A program made the translations under genes and the position numbers. Source: an uncultured bacterium (GTDB lineage: Bacteria; Muiribacteriota; UBA6191; CAZXTJ01). Taken from it: 13,738 nt of DNA. This document shows positions 1 through 7,640 of the stretch, piece after piece (the stretch's first letter is position 1; each line of letters begins with the position of its first letter). Location of the stretch: NCBI GenBank assembly GCA_964643655.1, contig CAZXTJ010000169.1:1-13738 (forward strand), read 5' to 3'. The notes below the pieces were generated by a model that made no database searches, was not told the origin of the DNA, and saw only the letters and a list, made by a program, of their open reading frames with translations.

Positions 1-1955
1 GCGCCATACTGCCCCAACCACATAAAAGGAACCAAATCACTGTCTATGCGATGAAAGATGAGGTAATACTTCAGCACTACCCAAGGCTGTAAAACTTCAT
101 ACCATTTGGTCAGTTCGTTGACTTTTAAAAGACGAGCAGAAAAGAGCAAGGGTGCCAATGCAGCAGCTTGTTTACCCTGTTGAACGAGATTGCGCTCCTT
201 CAATCGTCTCTCCATTTCCTTCCGTGCTTTTTGTCGGCTCTTGTGCAAACGAGCATTTTCTTGTGACCTAACATTGCGAAACTTCTCCATTCCATCGCGC
301 AAGGAATCTATTTCACCGGCAACAGAAGAGAGAGATTGGAGCAAAGAAACGTTTATTCCTTTAGTGAGACGTCTATTGTCCAAGACAGATAGTTTGGGTA
401 ACAAAGTCTCCAAACGCTCTTTTAATATCTCTACTATTTCAACACGACGTTCACCACCACCGCTCAATCTCGTTACGATGGTAATGGCATGGCAATCGAT
501 GGGCAGCTCGGCCAATTGGACGGACATTGAGTCGTCTTTGTTTCTTTTGGCTGCCAATCTTCTTTCGCCCACAGTCTTGGAGCTAATGAATACCTCTGCC
601 ATTCCTTCTGCATTGGCTTTCCAATGAAGACTCACATCCTTGCCTTCTCGATGTGTACGCGCCGCCAGAAGCTCCAATTTAAAGGCGGCTGTTTTGATGC
701 GCCTAGGCAAGGTCGTTGAGCCATCAGGGAAAACTATCTTCATAGCATAAGGTTGATTGTCAGCCAAACCATCTATGATGACCTCATGCTTTTTTGTTGG
801 CTCTTTTCCATTTTTCCCAGCATATGTGAGTGGTCTGACACCACCTTCCAACTGAACCCACGTTCGATAAGCTTGGTGGCTCTGCCAGCTTATGACCATT
901 CCACCGGGCCTAGAGTTAGTGGCCAACATGAAGACGTCATAGTCCTTTTCCTCTTCGCCTGTTTGGTTGGCGATGAAAACACCCAAAAGTACACCGAGCA
1001 AAATGATGATGGCCAAGAGACCGTAGGTCGACTGTGGACCCTCTTCAGGTGGTGGGAGGCTCTTGTTCACAGCTTCAGCGCTCGTTGAGGAATCCAATTC
1101 AGGAGGAATGGTCGAACGGGTGAAAGGAGTCTTTTTAGCTTCGAGCAATGAACAAAGGGCTTTGCCATCAGCGGGGCGCTTTGTCTGCTCTATTGAGCAG
1201 CACTGCTGCAATATTTCTGCAAATTCGCCAAATATTTCTTTCTTACAAACAATAGGGTTGCAGACACCTGAAGCCAAGGAGCGGATGAGCTGTTTCCCAC
1301 TCTGGCCCTCTCGTTCGAAAGGATGCAAACCCGTGGCTGCGTAATAGACGACCAAACCTGCTTGAAAGACATCTCCTGCAGCCGTGAAGTCTTCTCCTCG
1401 CAAAACCTCTGGTGGAGTAAAACGAAGAGTGCCCAAGACTGCACCTTCAGCAGTGAGCGGAGTCCAGTCGACTGGTCGAACGAGACCAAAGTCGACAAGT
1501 CGTATATTGCCATCTGGTTCCAAAAACACATTGTCAGGCGTTATGTCTCGATGGAGTATTCGCCCATCGTGAAGATAACGCAATGCATCAGCCAATCTGC
1601 AGAGCAGAGTTTTTACTGCTTTGGGTTTTAAGGGACCAGATTGAGGTATGACTTTGGACAATGGGGAACCACGAAGAAATTCCATAACGAAATATGGCGG
1701 CGATACATCCAAATCAGCCTGATAAATGTTGACCAACTGAGGATGACGAAGACCTGCCAAGACTGAGACTTCTCTATCCAATCGTGCTCGGGCTTCGGGA
1801 TTTTTTGCATAATGGTCGTGGAGAACCTTGATGGCCACATCTCTTTTGAGCTCATTGTCTTTCGCTCGATAAACGGTACCCATGCCCCCTGAACCAAGGC
1901 ATTGGTTAATGACATACCGGCTGCCATCGCCTACCTGAGGGAAATTCTCAGTCAC
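1..1955 (-). CDS. Hanks-type Ser/Thr protein kinase, single-pass membrane protein with a large extracytoplasmic domain. The GTG start is inside the window; the C-terminus runs off the window start, so the CDS is partial.
   Basis: Translating the minus strand by hand gives one uninterrupted frame from 1955 down to base 1 (about 651 codons, no stop). The ORF track omits it because it never reaches a stop in-window. N-terminus reads V/MTENFPQVGDGSRYVINQCLGSGGMGTVYRAKD. Kinase motifs seen: Gly-rich loop GSGGMG, VAIKVL, catalytic loop LHRDITPDN, VDFGLV, TPPEV. A transmembrane helix (LLAIIILLGVLLGVFIA) is encoded around + coordinates 960-1015. Beyond it lie a beta-rich region and a charged coiled-coil-like region. 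A GTG at 1955..1953 directly follows an in-frame TGA. All + strand ORFs listed in 190..1631 are antisense artefacts of this gene. Confidence 0.88.
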   Translation of the reverse strand, partial: MTENFPQVGDGSRYVINQCLGSGGMGTVYRAKDNELKRDVAIKVLHDHYAKNPEARARLDREVSVLAGLRHPQLVNIYQADLDVSPPYFVMEFLRGSPLSKVIPQSGPLKPKAVKTLLCRLADALRYLHDGRILHRDITPDNVFLEPDGNIRLVDFGLVRPVDWTPLTAEGAVLGTLRFTPPEVLRGEDFTAAGDVFQAGLVVYYAATGLHPFEREGQSGKQLIRSLASGVCNPIVCKKEIFGEFAEILQQCCSIEQTKRPADGKALCSLLEAKKTPFTRSTIPPELDSSTSAEAVNKSLPPPEEGPQSTYGLLAIIILLGVLLGVFIANQTGEEEKDYDVFMLATNSRPGGMVISWQSHQAYRTWVQLEGGVRPLTYAGKNGKEPTKKHEVIIDGLADNQPYAMKIVFPDGSTTLPRRIKTAAFKLELLAARTHREGKDVSLHWKANAEGMAEVFISSKTVGERRLAAKRNKDDSMSVQLAELPIDCHAITIVTRLSGGGERRVEIVEILKERLETLLPKLSVLDNRRLTKGINVSLLQSLSSVAGEIDSLRDGMEKFRNVRSQENARLHKSRQKARKEMERRLKERNLVQQGKQAAALAPLLFSARLLKVNELTKWYEVLQPWVVLKYYLIFHRIDSDLVPFMWLGQYG

Positions 1956-3849
1956 CCTTCAACATCCCGAGCTTCTCGAGTTTTTTATAGAGAGTCGTAC
2001 GGGACATACCAGTCTCTCGAGCTACTGCACGAAGTTTGCCCTGAGAGCGACGAAGAGCGCGTTCGAGGAACACTTTGTCAAAAGCTTCGCGTGCTTCTTC
2101 GTATTCAGGTGGCAACTCTTCTACAGCTAAAGCAGGACCAGCTGAATGGCTGACAAAGGAAGAGCTTCCGCCACCTGCAGCACCAATGGGTAAACTGGCT
2201 GCTGAAACGACTTTGCCTCTTTCGATGACAACGGCTCTTTCGATGGCATTGCGTAATTCGCGGATGTTACCAGGCCATGCATAGGTCTTCAGTGCCTTTT
2301 GCGCATCTTTGGAAAACTTTTTCAGTTTGCGACCAAATCGAGTGGCAAAGGTTTGCAGAAAGTGTTCGGCTAGGGGCACCACATCTGCACCTCGTTCGCG
2401 CAGCGGTCTCAATCTCAGTCTGAAGACATTGACGCGATAATAAAAATCTTGTCTGAAGGTGCCATCTTGCACCTGCCGTTCGAGATCGGCATTTGTAGCG
2501 CAAACCAACCTGATGTCCAGAGGGATGTCATCTTGGCCACCGAGGCGCCTAATCGTTCTCTCTTGAAGGACACGAAGCAATGTAACTTGAACGTCCAAAG
2601 GTAACTCACCAATCTCGTCCAAGAACAAAGTGCCACCAGAAGCAAGTTCGAAACGACCCAATCTCTTTTCCAAAGCACCAGTGAAGGCACCTTTTTCCGC
2701 ACCAAAAAGCTCTGCTTCTATGATGTCTCTAGGCAGAGCAGCACAGTTCACGGCAATGAATGGACCACTAGAGCGACTAGAACGCAAGTGCAATTCGCGA
2801 GCAACCATCTCTTTGCCTGTGCCTGTTTCACCTGTGATTAGCACAGTAATGTCTTGTGCAGCTGCAGCGTCAATGTGTTCGATGAGTTCTTTTGAAGCAG
2901 GACCATCACCTGTGACGAATACATTGCTGTCATTTTCCAAACGCCTCATGGCAGCAATTGTTGTCGTAGCTTCTACCAGTTGGCGTCTTGTCTGTTGGGC
3001 CGCAACGAGCTCTGCAGCGAGGCCAGTCACAACCTCGAAGAATGGCTGCTGTTCTTCAGTCCATGGCCTATCGGTACGTTTTTTATCGAGATAGATGACA
3101 CCAACTGCACGTTGATTGGCCAACAAAGGCGCACATAATATGGCGCGCGGCATGGTGGAAACGGCTAGGCTAGGAGCACCTGCACAACGAGAATCTCGCA
3201 GAGAATCTGCAATTGCCAAAACTTCTTTTTCTTCTAGAGCGTTGGCACAGACAGTCTTTGATATTGCCTCGCACTCTTCACCGTCGACCAATCCACGAGC
3301 AGCAACTCGTACCAAAGTATGGCGCTGTCCTTCCAAGAGGACAAAACCTCGCTCTGCGTCTACAAAATCGATGAGTCCATCTAGAAGACGCTCGAGAACC
3401 TCCTGCGGTTTTGAAGAGGAACGCAGCCCGTCAATAAAAGCTGAGAAGGGCTGCCAATCAGTGGACTTTTTCCCGCCACTGTTCAACTGAATATCTATGG
3501 CGCTTTCGGCAGTGATCTTTTTGGCACGAAGAGCATTGGCCGAAGCCAAAGGGCTGTCGCTCATTTGTATTTGCAAGTCGTCGATGACAACGACATCCCC
3601 TAAGTGAAGAGCGGCATCTCTCACTTTTTCGCCATTGAGATAGGTACCCATGGAGCTCTTGAGGTCGCGAATATGATATTTGCCACCTACCTGGTAGATC
3701 TCGGTATGTCGGCGAGAAACACGTGTACCAAAGAGCATGACGTCGCAGTCGTCGCCCTTGCCCAAAACAGTACTTGCTGAAGTGAGCTTAACAGCGTTAA
3801 AAAAACGTTTCGGTGAATCTGTCGTCCCAATGAGGAGCCACCAAACCAC
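1948..3849 (-). CDS. Sigma-54-dependent transcriptional activator (enhancer-binding protein) with N-terminal FHA domain, central GAF domain, AAA+ sigma-54 interaction domain and C-terminal Fis-type HTH
   Basis: 633-aa ORF. FHA hallmarks are present: VSRRHTEI (SxxH) and TYLNGEKV (NG). GAF-like region spans about residues 150-300. AAA+ motifs: Walker A GETGTGKE, GAFTGA motif (EKGAFTGA), Walker B LFLDEIGEL. C-terminal HTH: RAVARETGMSRTTLYKKL. The GTG start at 3849 has AAGGAA 6-11 nt upstream. Its stop overlaps the downstream kinase start (GTGACTGA). Confidence 0.92.
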   Translation of the reverse strand: MVWWLLIGTTDSPKRFFNAVKLTSASTVLGKGDDCDVMLFGTRVSRRHTEIYQVGGKYHIRDLKSSMGTYLNGEKVRDAALHLGDVVVIDDLQIQMSDSPLASANALRAKKITAESAIDIQLNSGGKKSTDWQPFSAFIDGLRSSSKPQEVLERLLDGLIDFVDAERGFVLLEGQRHTLVRVAARGLVDGEECEAISKTVCANALEEKEVLAIADSLRDSRCAGAPSLAVSTMPRAILCAPLLANQRAVGVIYLDKKRTDRPWTEEQQPFFEVVTGLAAELVAAQQTRRQLVEATTTIAAMRRLENDSNVFVTGDGPASKELIEHIDAAAAQDITVLITGETGTGKEMVARELHLRSSRSSGPFIAVNCAALPRDIIEAELFGAEKGAFTGALEKRLGRFELASGGTLFLDEIGELPLDVQVTLLRVLQERTIRRLGGQDDIPLDIRLVCATNADLERQVQDGTFRQDFYYRVNVFRLRLRPLRERGADVVPLAEHFLQTFATRFGRKLKKFSKDAQKALKTYAWPGNIRELRNAIERAVVIERGKVVSAASLPIGAAGGGSSSFVSHSAGPALAVEELPPEYEEAREAFDKVFLERALRRSQGKLRAVARETGMSRTTLYKKLEKLGMLKGD

Positions 3850-3965
3850 TGCAATTTCCTTTCATCGAGCTCTATACGTTCTAGCTAGTGTACTATACTT
3901 GTTGGCGTTATCCGTAACTTGTTACTCATCAGGACATCTCTATGTGTTTCGAAAGGTAAATTATC

Positions 3966-4508
3966 ATGAAAATGACCATTGAAGAACGGTTGACTCAGCT
4001 CGAGAAGAGCAATCTCAGATGGCAACGTTTGACTGCAATACTCTGCCTTCTTCTGGTCACTCTGGGCATTATGGGAGCAAAACATATTGGCCGGACAAAT
4101 GTTGCCATTGGCCAATTGCGGCTGCTCAACAGAGAAGGCAAACTTCGTGCAGTCCTTGGTGTAACCAAGAATGATGCTGCTTATCTGGCTTTGCGCGACA
4201 AAGAGGGAAAAGTACGTTGTCATTTGAGCCTCGACAAAAAAGGAACTCCGAGCCTAACGCTGAATGATGAAAAGGGAGAGAAACGGTGCATTCTCAGTCT
4301 CTTTGACAAAGGCTGTAATCCCAGTATGATTTTTTATGATGGCGAACAAAAACGTCGTCTCTCATTGACTACAGTGCCCCCTGCCCTCATTTGCAACAAT
4401 CACAATGGCAAACCTAGAGCAGTTCTAGGCGTGAGCAAAACAGGTGCCGGAGCATTTTCCTTGGAAGACGTTCATGGTCGTCCCATAGTCTTCAAACGTC
4501 TTAAATGA
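3966..4508 (+). CDS. Hypothetical membrane-anchored protein built from tandem repeats of about 22 residues (consensus approximately L-x-D-K-E-G-K-x-R-x-x-L-S-L-x-K-x-G-x-P-S-L)
   Basis: 180-aa ORF with AAAGGT about 9 nt upstream of the ATG. N-terminal coiled segment, then a hydrophobic helix LTAILCLLLVTLGIMGA. After that come 5-6 degenerate repeats: GKLRAVLGVTKND / GKVRCHLSLDKKGTPSLTLND / GEKRCILSLFDKG / QKRRLSLTT / GKPRAVLGVSKTG. I recognise no known family. Confidence 0.6.
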   Translation: MKMTIEERLTQLEKSNLRWQRLTAILCLLLVTLGIMGAKHIGRTNVAIGQLRLLNREGKLRAVLGVTKNDAAYLALRDKEGKVRCHLSLDKKGTPSLTLNDEKGEKRCILSLFDKGCNPSMIFYDGEQKRRLSLTTVPPALICNNHNGKPRAVLGVSKTGAGAFSLEDVHGRPIVFKRLK

Positions 4509-4514
4509 TTCTCG

Positions 4515-4847
4515 CTATTTTGTTGGAGGAGTCACTTTTGGAGCTGTTTTAGAACCTTTGGGAAGAGGAATATTAGGCAGTATTCCTTTTTTCTGGAGCA
4601 ACTGAGCAGCTCTTTTGACTTTAGGATCTTTCAATGCTGCCATAATTTGAGGCAAACCAACGCCTGGCTTGAGCAAACCAGCTTGCTGAATGATTACTGC
4701 AGCTTGTTTGACCTGTGGATCTTCTGAATGTAATGCCTGAGCTATGGCCGCTCTAATCTGGTCGGGATTAAAACCAAAGGCAATAACGTTAGAAGCGCTC
4801 AGGAGCAGGAGGGCCACGGCCAAAAGTAGTCCAGTGCGTCGTAACAT
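4515..4847 (-). CDS. Small secreted protein with signal peptide and two HEAT/PBS-lyase-like repeats (DPxVKxAAxxLQxxGxL)
   Basis: 110-aa ORF. Strong RBS: AGGAGG lies 7 nt upstream of the ATG at 4847. N-terminus MLRRTGLLLAVALLLLSASNVIA is a typical Sec signal peptide. Repeats: DPQVKQAAVIIQQAGLL and DPKVKRAAQLLQKKGIL. Pro/Lys-rich C-terminal tail. It sits 96 nt downstream of MVP on the same strand, with no obvious terminator hairpin between them. Confidence 0.65.
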   Translation of the reverse strand: MLRRTGLLLAVALLLLSASNVIAFGFNPDQIRAAIAQALHSEDPQVKQAAVIIQQAGLLKPGVGLPQIMAALKDPKVKRAAQLLQKKGILPNIPLPKGSKTAPKVTPPTK

Positions 4848-4943
4848 CGTTGTTTCCTCCTATATAGGAAATATCGGTAAAAGAATGATCATGTTTTGTT
4901 GTCAGGCATAATAAGGAGCCCTCAGAAAAGGTCAACCCCCTCA

Positions 4944-7478
4944 TTATTCACCACTCTCTTCTTGCTCTTTTTCCTCTTCAGTCAAGGCTTTCAGCCCTTC
5001 AGCCAAAGGACCAGTGCCTGCTATCATTTTGCTCAATGCATCCATACCTCCTCGGCCCAAGAGCAAACCAAGGCCTCCTGTGGCTTGAGGAAGATGTTCG
5101 GCCAGTTTTCCTGCCAAAGCTTGATTTCCATGCGTTTTTATCGCTGCCACGAGGTCTGGTTGTATGGCTTCGAAACGTTTCACGAAAGCCTCTGCTTGAG
5201 CACCGAGTTCCTGTAATCGCAGCACCATTTGAGCTTCCTCGAACTGTATCTGTTGGTCTCTCGCGCTCTTTTGTCGGGCTAATTCAGCTTTTGTAATTTC
5301 GTCTCTCGTTGTCTGAGAAGCCAGACGACCGCTGAGCTCAGTCTCTGTTTCCCGTGACTGAGCATTGATTTTGGCCAAATCGATACCCAATTGCAGATTC
5401 ACCTCTTCTTGTTGCAATAAGAGCTCTTTTTCTTTGGTGGCTGCTCTTGCCTGGGCAAGTTCTTGGCGAATGCGTTCCTCTTCACGAACCGTTTCCAATT
5501 CTTTTCGTGCCATAGCCAAACGGAGGGACTGTTCCACTGAATCCTTCTGACTAGAACGAACCATCTCTGCGATGGCTGAGTCGCCAATCTCCAATTTGCC
5601 AAACTCAACGTCATAAACACGCATGCCATTTTCTGGGAACAATCGACCTGGACGTTTACCTTCGACAGTTTCTCCCAAGATTGCATTTCTCAAGATATCG
5701 ATGTAATTCGTGTAAAACTCCTGAACGCCATACTTTTTCACTACATTGGCCACGAGTGATCGTGTGTGATCTGTGAGGAATTTCACGTAATTCTCTACAT
5801 CGAACCATTTGCTCTTGTCCCCTTCGAAGTCAACTCGGAAAGAGAGTGGTATTCGCACTGAGACAAAGTCTCCAGTTTCCGCAGCAATCAAATCAGAGAC
5901 CTTGTTTGCTTTGACACGCAGATAAACATCTTTTCGCAATTGATAGTCAGACTTTGGAGTTCCTGTTGATAGCTCGATGACCTCTGGTAACTCGTCATAT
6001 TGCAACAACACTGTCTGTGGTCCTTCAATAACTCTGCTTTCACCAGTTTTTGAAACAACTTTGATGGCATAGCCCGTATGTACTCGCACAGTAACGGCAC
6101 CATCATATTTTGTTTTCAGCTGTATGGAACGAGGTGGGACGTATTCGTTGGAACGAGTGAACTCGTCAGCCGTCAATTCGGGCTCTTCACCACTTCCAGT
6201 TTCATCGTTATTGAGTAAATTGATGCCTTTTTTGCTTCTTGCTTTCCTGGCAGTAGGATTGAAGATTCCTTCCAATCCCAAAAGGGAGAGATTGTGTGAA
6301 ACTGCCTCTTCATTACCGGGATAAAGTAACTCGACGATGGGGATGGGCAGAGTCCGTCTGACGATGACTTCATATCTGGGATCAGGCAAGTACATTTTGG
6401 GACCCAAGACCAACTTTACGTCACCAGTCTCCTTGGAGAGCACATAACGGGCTTCTCCTTTGGGTATTGCCACAGCCTGCTGTAGCAGCTGGTCACCACC
6501 ATATTTGATGATTGCATGTTCAGGACGTGGATAATATATTTTCTGGTCTTTTCCCGTAATGAAGAGCTCTTCACCCTCAGCATATTTTTTGCCATCTTCC
6601 TCATAGGGTTTGATCACTTTTACATACAAACCACGGTGTGTCTCGAGCTCAATGGCCTTTATCTTCCTCTCACCTTTGTGAGTTTCATGGAAAGACTGAG
6701 TTGGCCGAGGAAAAACGACGGCTGGTCCATTGACATACTCTTTGGTACCATTCTCGTCTATGAGAATACAGGTTTCCAGCTGTTCGAGAGTGACGGCGTC
6801 GCGTACATATTTACCACACTCAGGAACGACTTCCATTCCCGTAGGTGGAATGTAAAAAGAAACCTCTGTGCCTTTCACAACGAGAAGCTGACCTGTAACC
6901 AAATCTGGTGTGGAAGCATCGGGGAAAATTTCACCCTTGTTTTCATCTGTAATCTCTTCAGTAGAATTGGTCTGTTTTTTGAGGACTGCATTCTTCCAAT
7001 TTGATTTGGCCACTTCACCATTAATGACGCGAACGACTAAATATTGGTTAGAGCGGAGAATGTGGCCATCTAGGCAAGTGGCTGATTGACCTGGGTAAAG
7101 AGCAAAAGTTGCGGGACCTGGTATATTGACTCTTCGCCCCATTGCCAGTTCCACAGAGCCCTGTTTTCCTCTTGATGGGTGGCGATGTTCGTCTTCTTCA
7201 ACAGGATTTTGTAAAACGATATATTGCCCCTCTTTTGCTGCAGGCCACATTGTTACTGCTGATTTGAGGAGGCAACGTTGGAATGATTGAGTTTTGCTAT
7301 CAAAACGAACTGGATTGTCTGTCTCACCAATACTCGTCTTTGTTGGTCCTACGTGCACTTCCACAGTACCATCGGCGCCATTTTGCACGAGGGCTTGTTC
7401 TCCTTGAGCCAGAACGAGATCGCCGCCTCGCTCTCTCATTTCGCGAATATCCCTGTCATACTCTCTGTTGCTTCCCAT
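4944..7478 (-). CDS. mvp: Major vault protein (MVP) homolog: vault shell protein with N-terminal vault repeat domains, a shoulder (SPFH-like) domain and a C-terminal cap-helix coiled coil
   Basis: The maximal ORF is 4944..7505 (853 aa), which begins with TTG. An ATG at 7478 preceded by GAGAGGA (about 8 nt) is the more likely start. The product aligns by eye along its full length to eukaryotic MVP. N-terminus: [39 protein letters not shown] against human [30 protein letters not shown]. Repeated vault-repeat-like units of about 55 residues follow. Shoulder: [42 protein letters not shown] against [62 protein letters not shown] against [20 protein letters not shown]. A long Q/E/A/R-rich cap-helix follows. 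C-terminus: [19 protein letters not shown]...[11 protein letters not shown] against [20 protein letters not shown]...FGLLGMGPEG. Acidic C-terminal tail. Confidence 0.85.
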   Translation of the reverse strand: [844 protein letters not shown]

Positions 7479-7526
7479 TTTGTTGTCCTCTCTCGGTGCT
7501 GCCAATATTGTCTTTTCTTGTTCATA

Positions 7527-7542
7527 TGCAATCTTCTCGCCG
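7527..7542 (-). promoter_or_regulatory. Weak sigma-54-like -24/-12 candidate upstream of MVP
   Basis: The minus strand reads cGGCGAgaagaTTGCA: GG/GC spacing is correct and the -12 TTGCA is perfect, but the -24 hexamer matches only 3 of 6 (CGGCGA against TGGCAC). It lies 48 nt upstream of the ATG at 7478. If real, it argues against the TTG start at 7505. Confidence 0.25.
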
Positions 7543-7640
7543 ACAAGTGACTATCTTGTACTGATGGGCCTTTACACGATCTCAAACAATGCATCCGTAA
7601 CAGTTCTTTACGTTTTCCAGCACTTCGTTACGTTTACAAT

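Noticed and set aside
190-1631. Six + strand ORFs (190..627, 753..1088, 1063..1344, 1323..1631, 1384..1572) and the minus-strand ORFs 1190..1531 and 1628..1927 from the track
   Set aside because: They all lie inside, or out of frame with, a single uninterrupted minus-strand reading frame that carries every Ser/Thr kinase motif. Their products are low-complexity and have no motifs. The track ORF at 1628..1927 is in the wrong frame of the same strand.
1902-3490. Plus-strand ORFs 1902..2153, 2075..2284, 2630..3094, 3116..3490 and minus-strand ORFs 2267..2503, 2415..2705
   Set aside because: They are antisense or off-frame shadows within the well-supported 633-aa sigma-54 activator gene. Their Ser/Ala/Arg-rich composition is typical of reverse-strand artefacts.
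3850-3965. Sigma-54 or clear sigma-70 promoter for the EBP/kinase operon or for the 3966 gene
   Set aside because: No GG-N10-GC match and only poor -35/-10 spacing combinations. I could not support a call.
3737-4223. ORFs 3737..3982 (+) and 3885..4223 (-) around the divergent start region
   Set aside because: They overlap the 5' ends of the EBP and of the 3966..4508 gene and have no RBS or motifs. The 3966 gene has an RBS and a coherent repeat architecture.
4848-4943. Possible intrinsic terminator between MVP and the secreted-protein gene
   Set aside because: I looked for a GC-rich inverted repeat followed by a T-run on the minus strand. Only direct CCCTC repeats are present, with no stable hairpin.
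7505-7505. TTG at 7505 as the MVP start (the track's maximal ORF)
   Set aside because: There is no convincing RBS. It would lie about 11 nt from the candidate transcription start. The ATG at 7478 with GAGAGGA upstream is favoured. The 9-residue difference does not affect the call.
4896-7564. Plus-strand ORFs within the MVP locus (4896..5216, 5036..5296, 5365..5550, 6124..6324, 6516..7004, 7283..7564, 7287..7550) and the small minus-strand ORFs 5399..5686, 5888..6106, 6173..6373, 6416..6604
   Set aside because: They are nested in or antisense to the 845-aa MVP frame, which shows full-length similarity to eukaryotic MVP.
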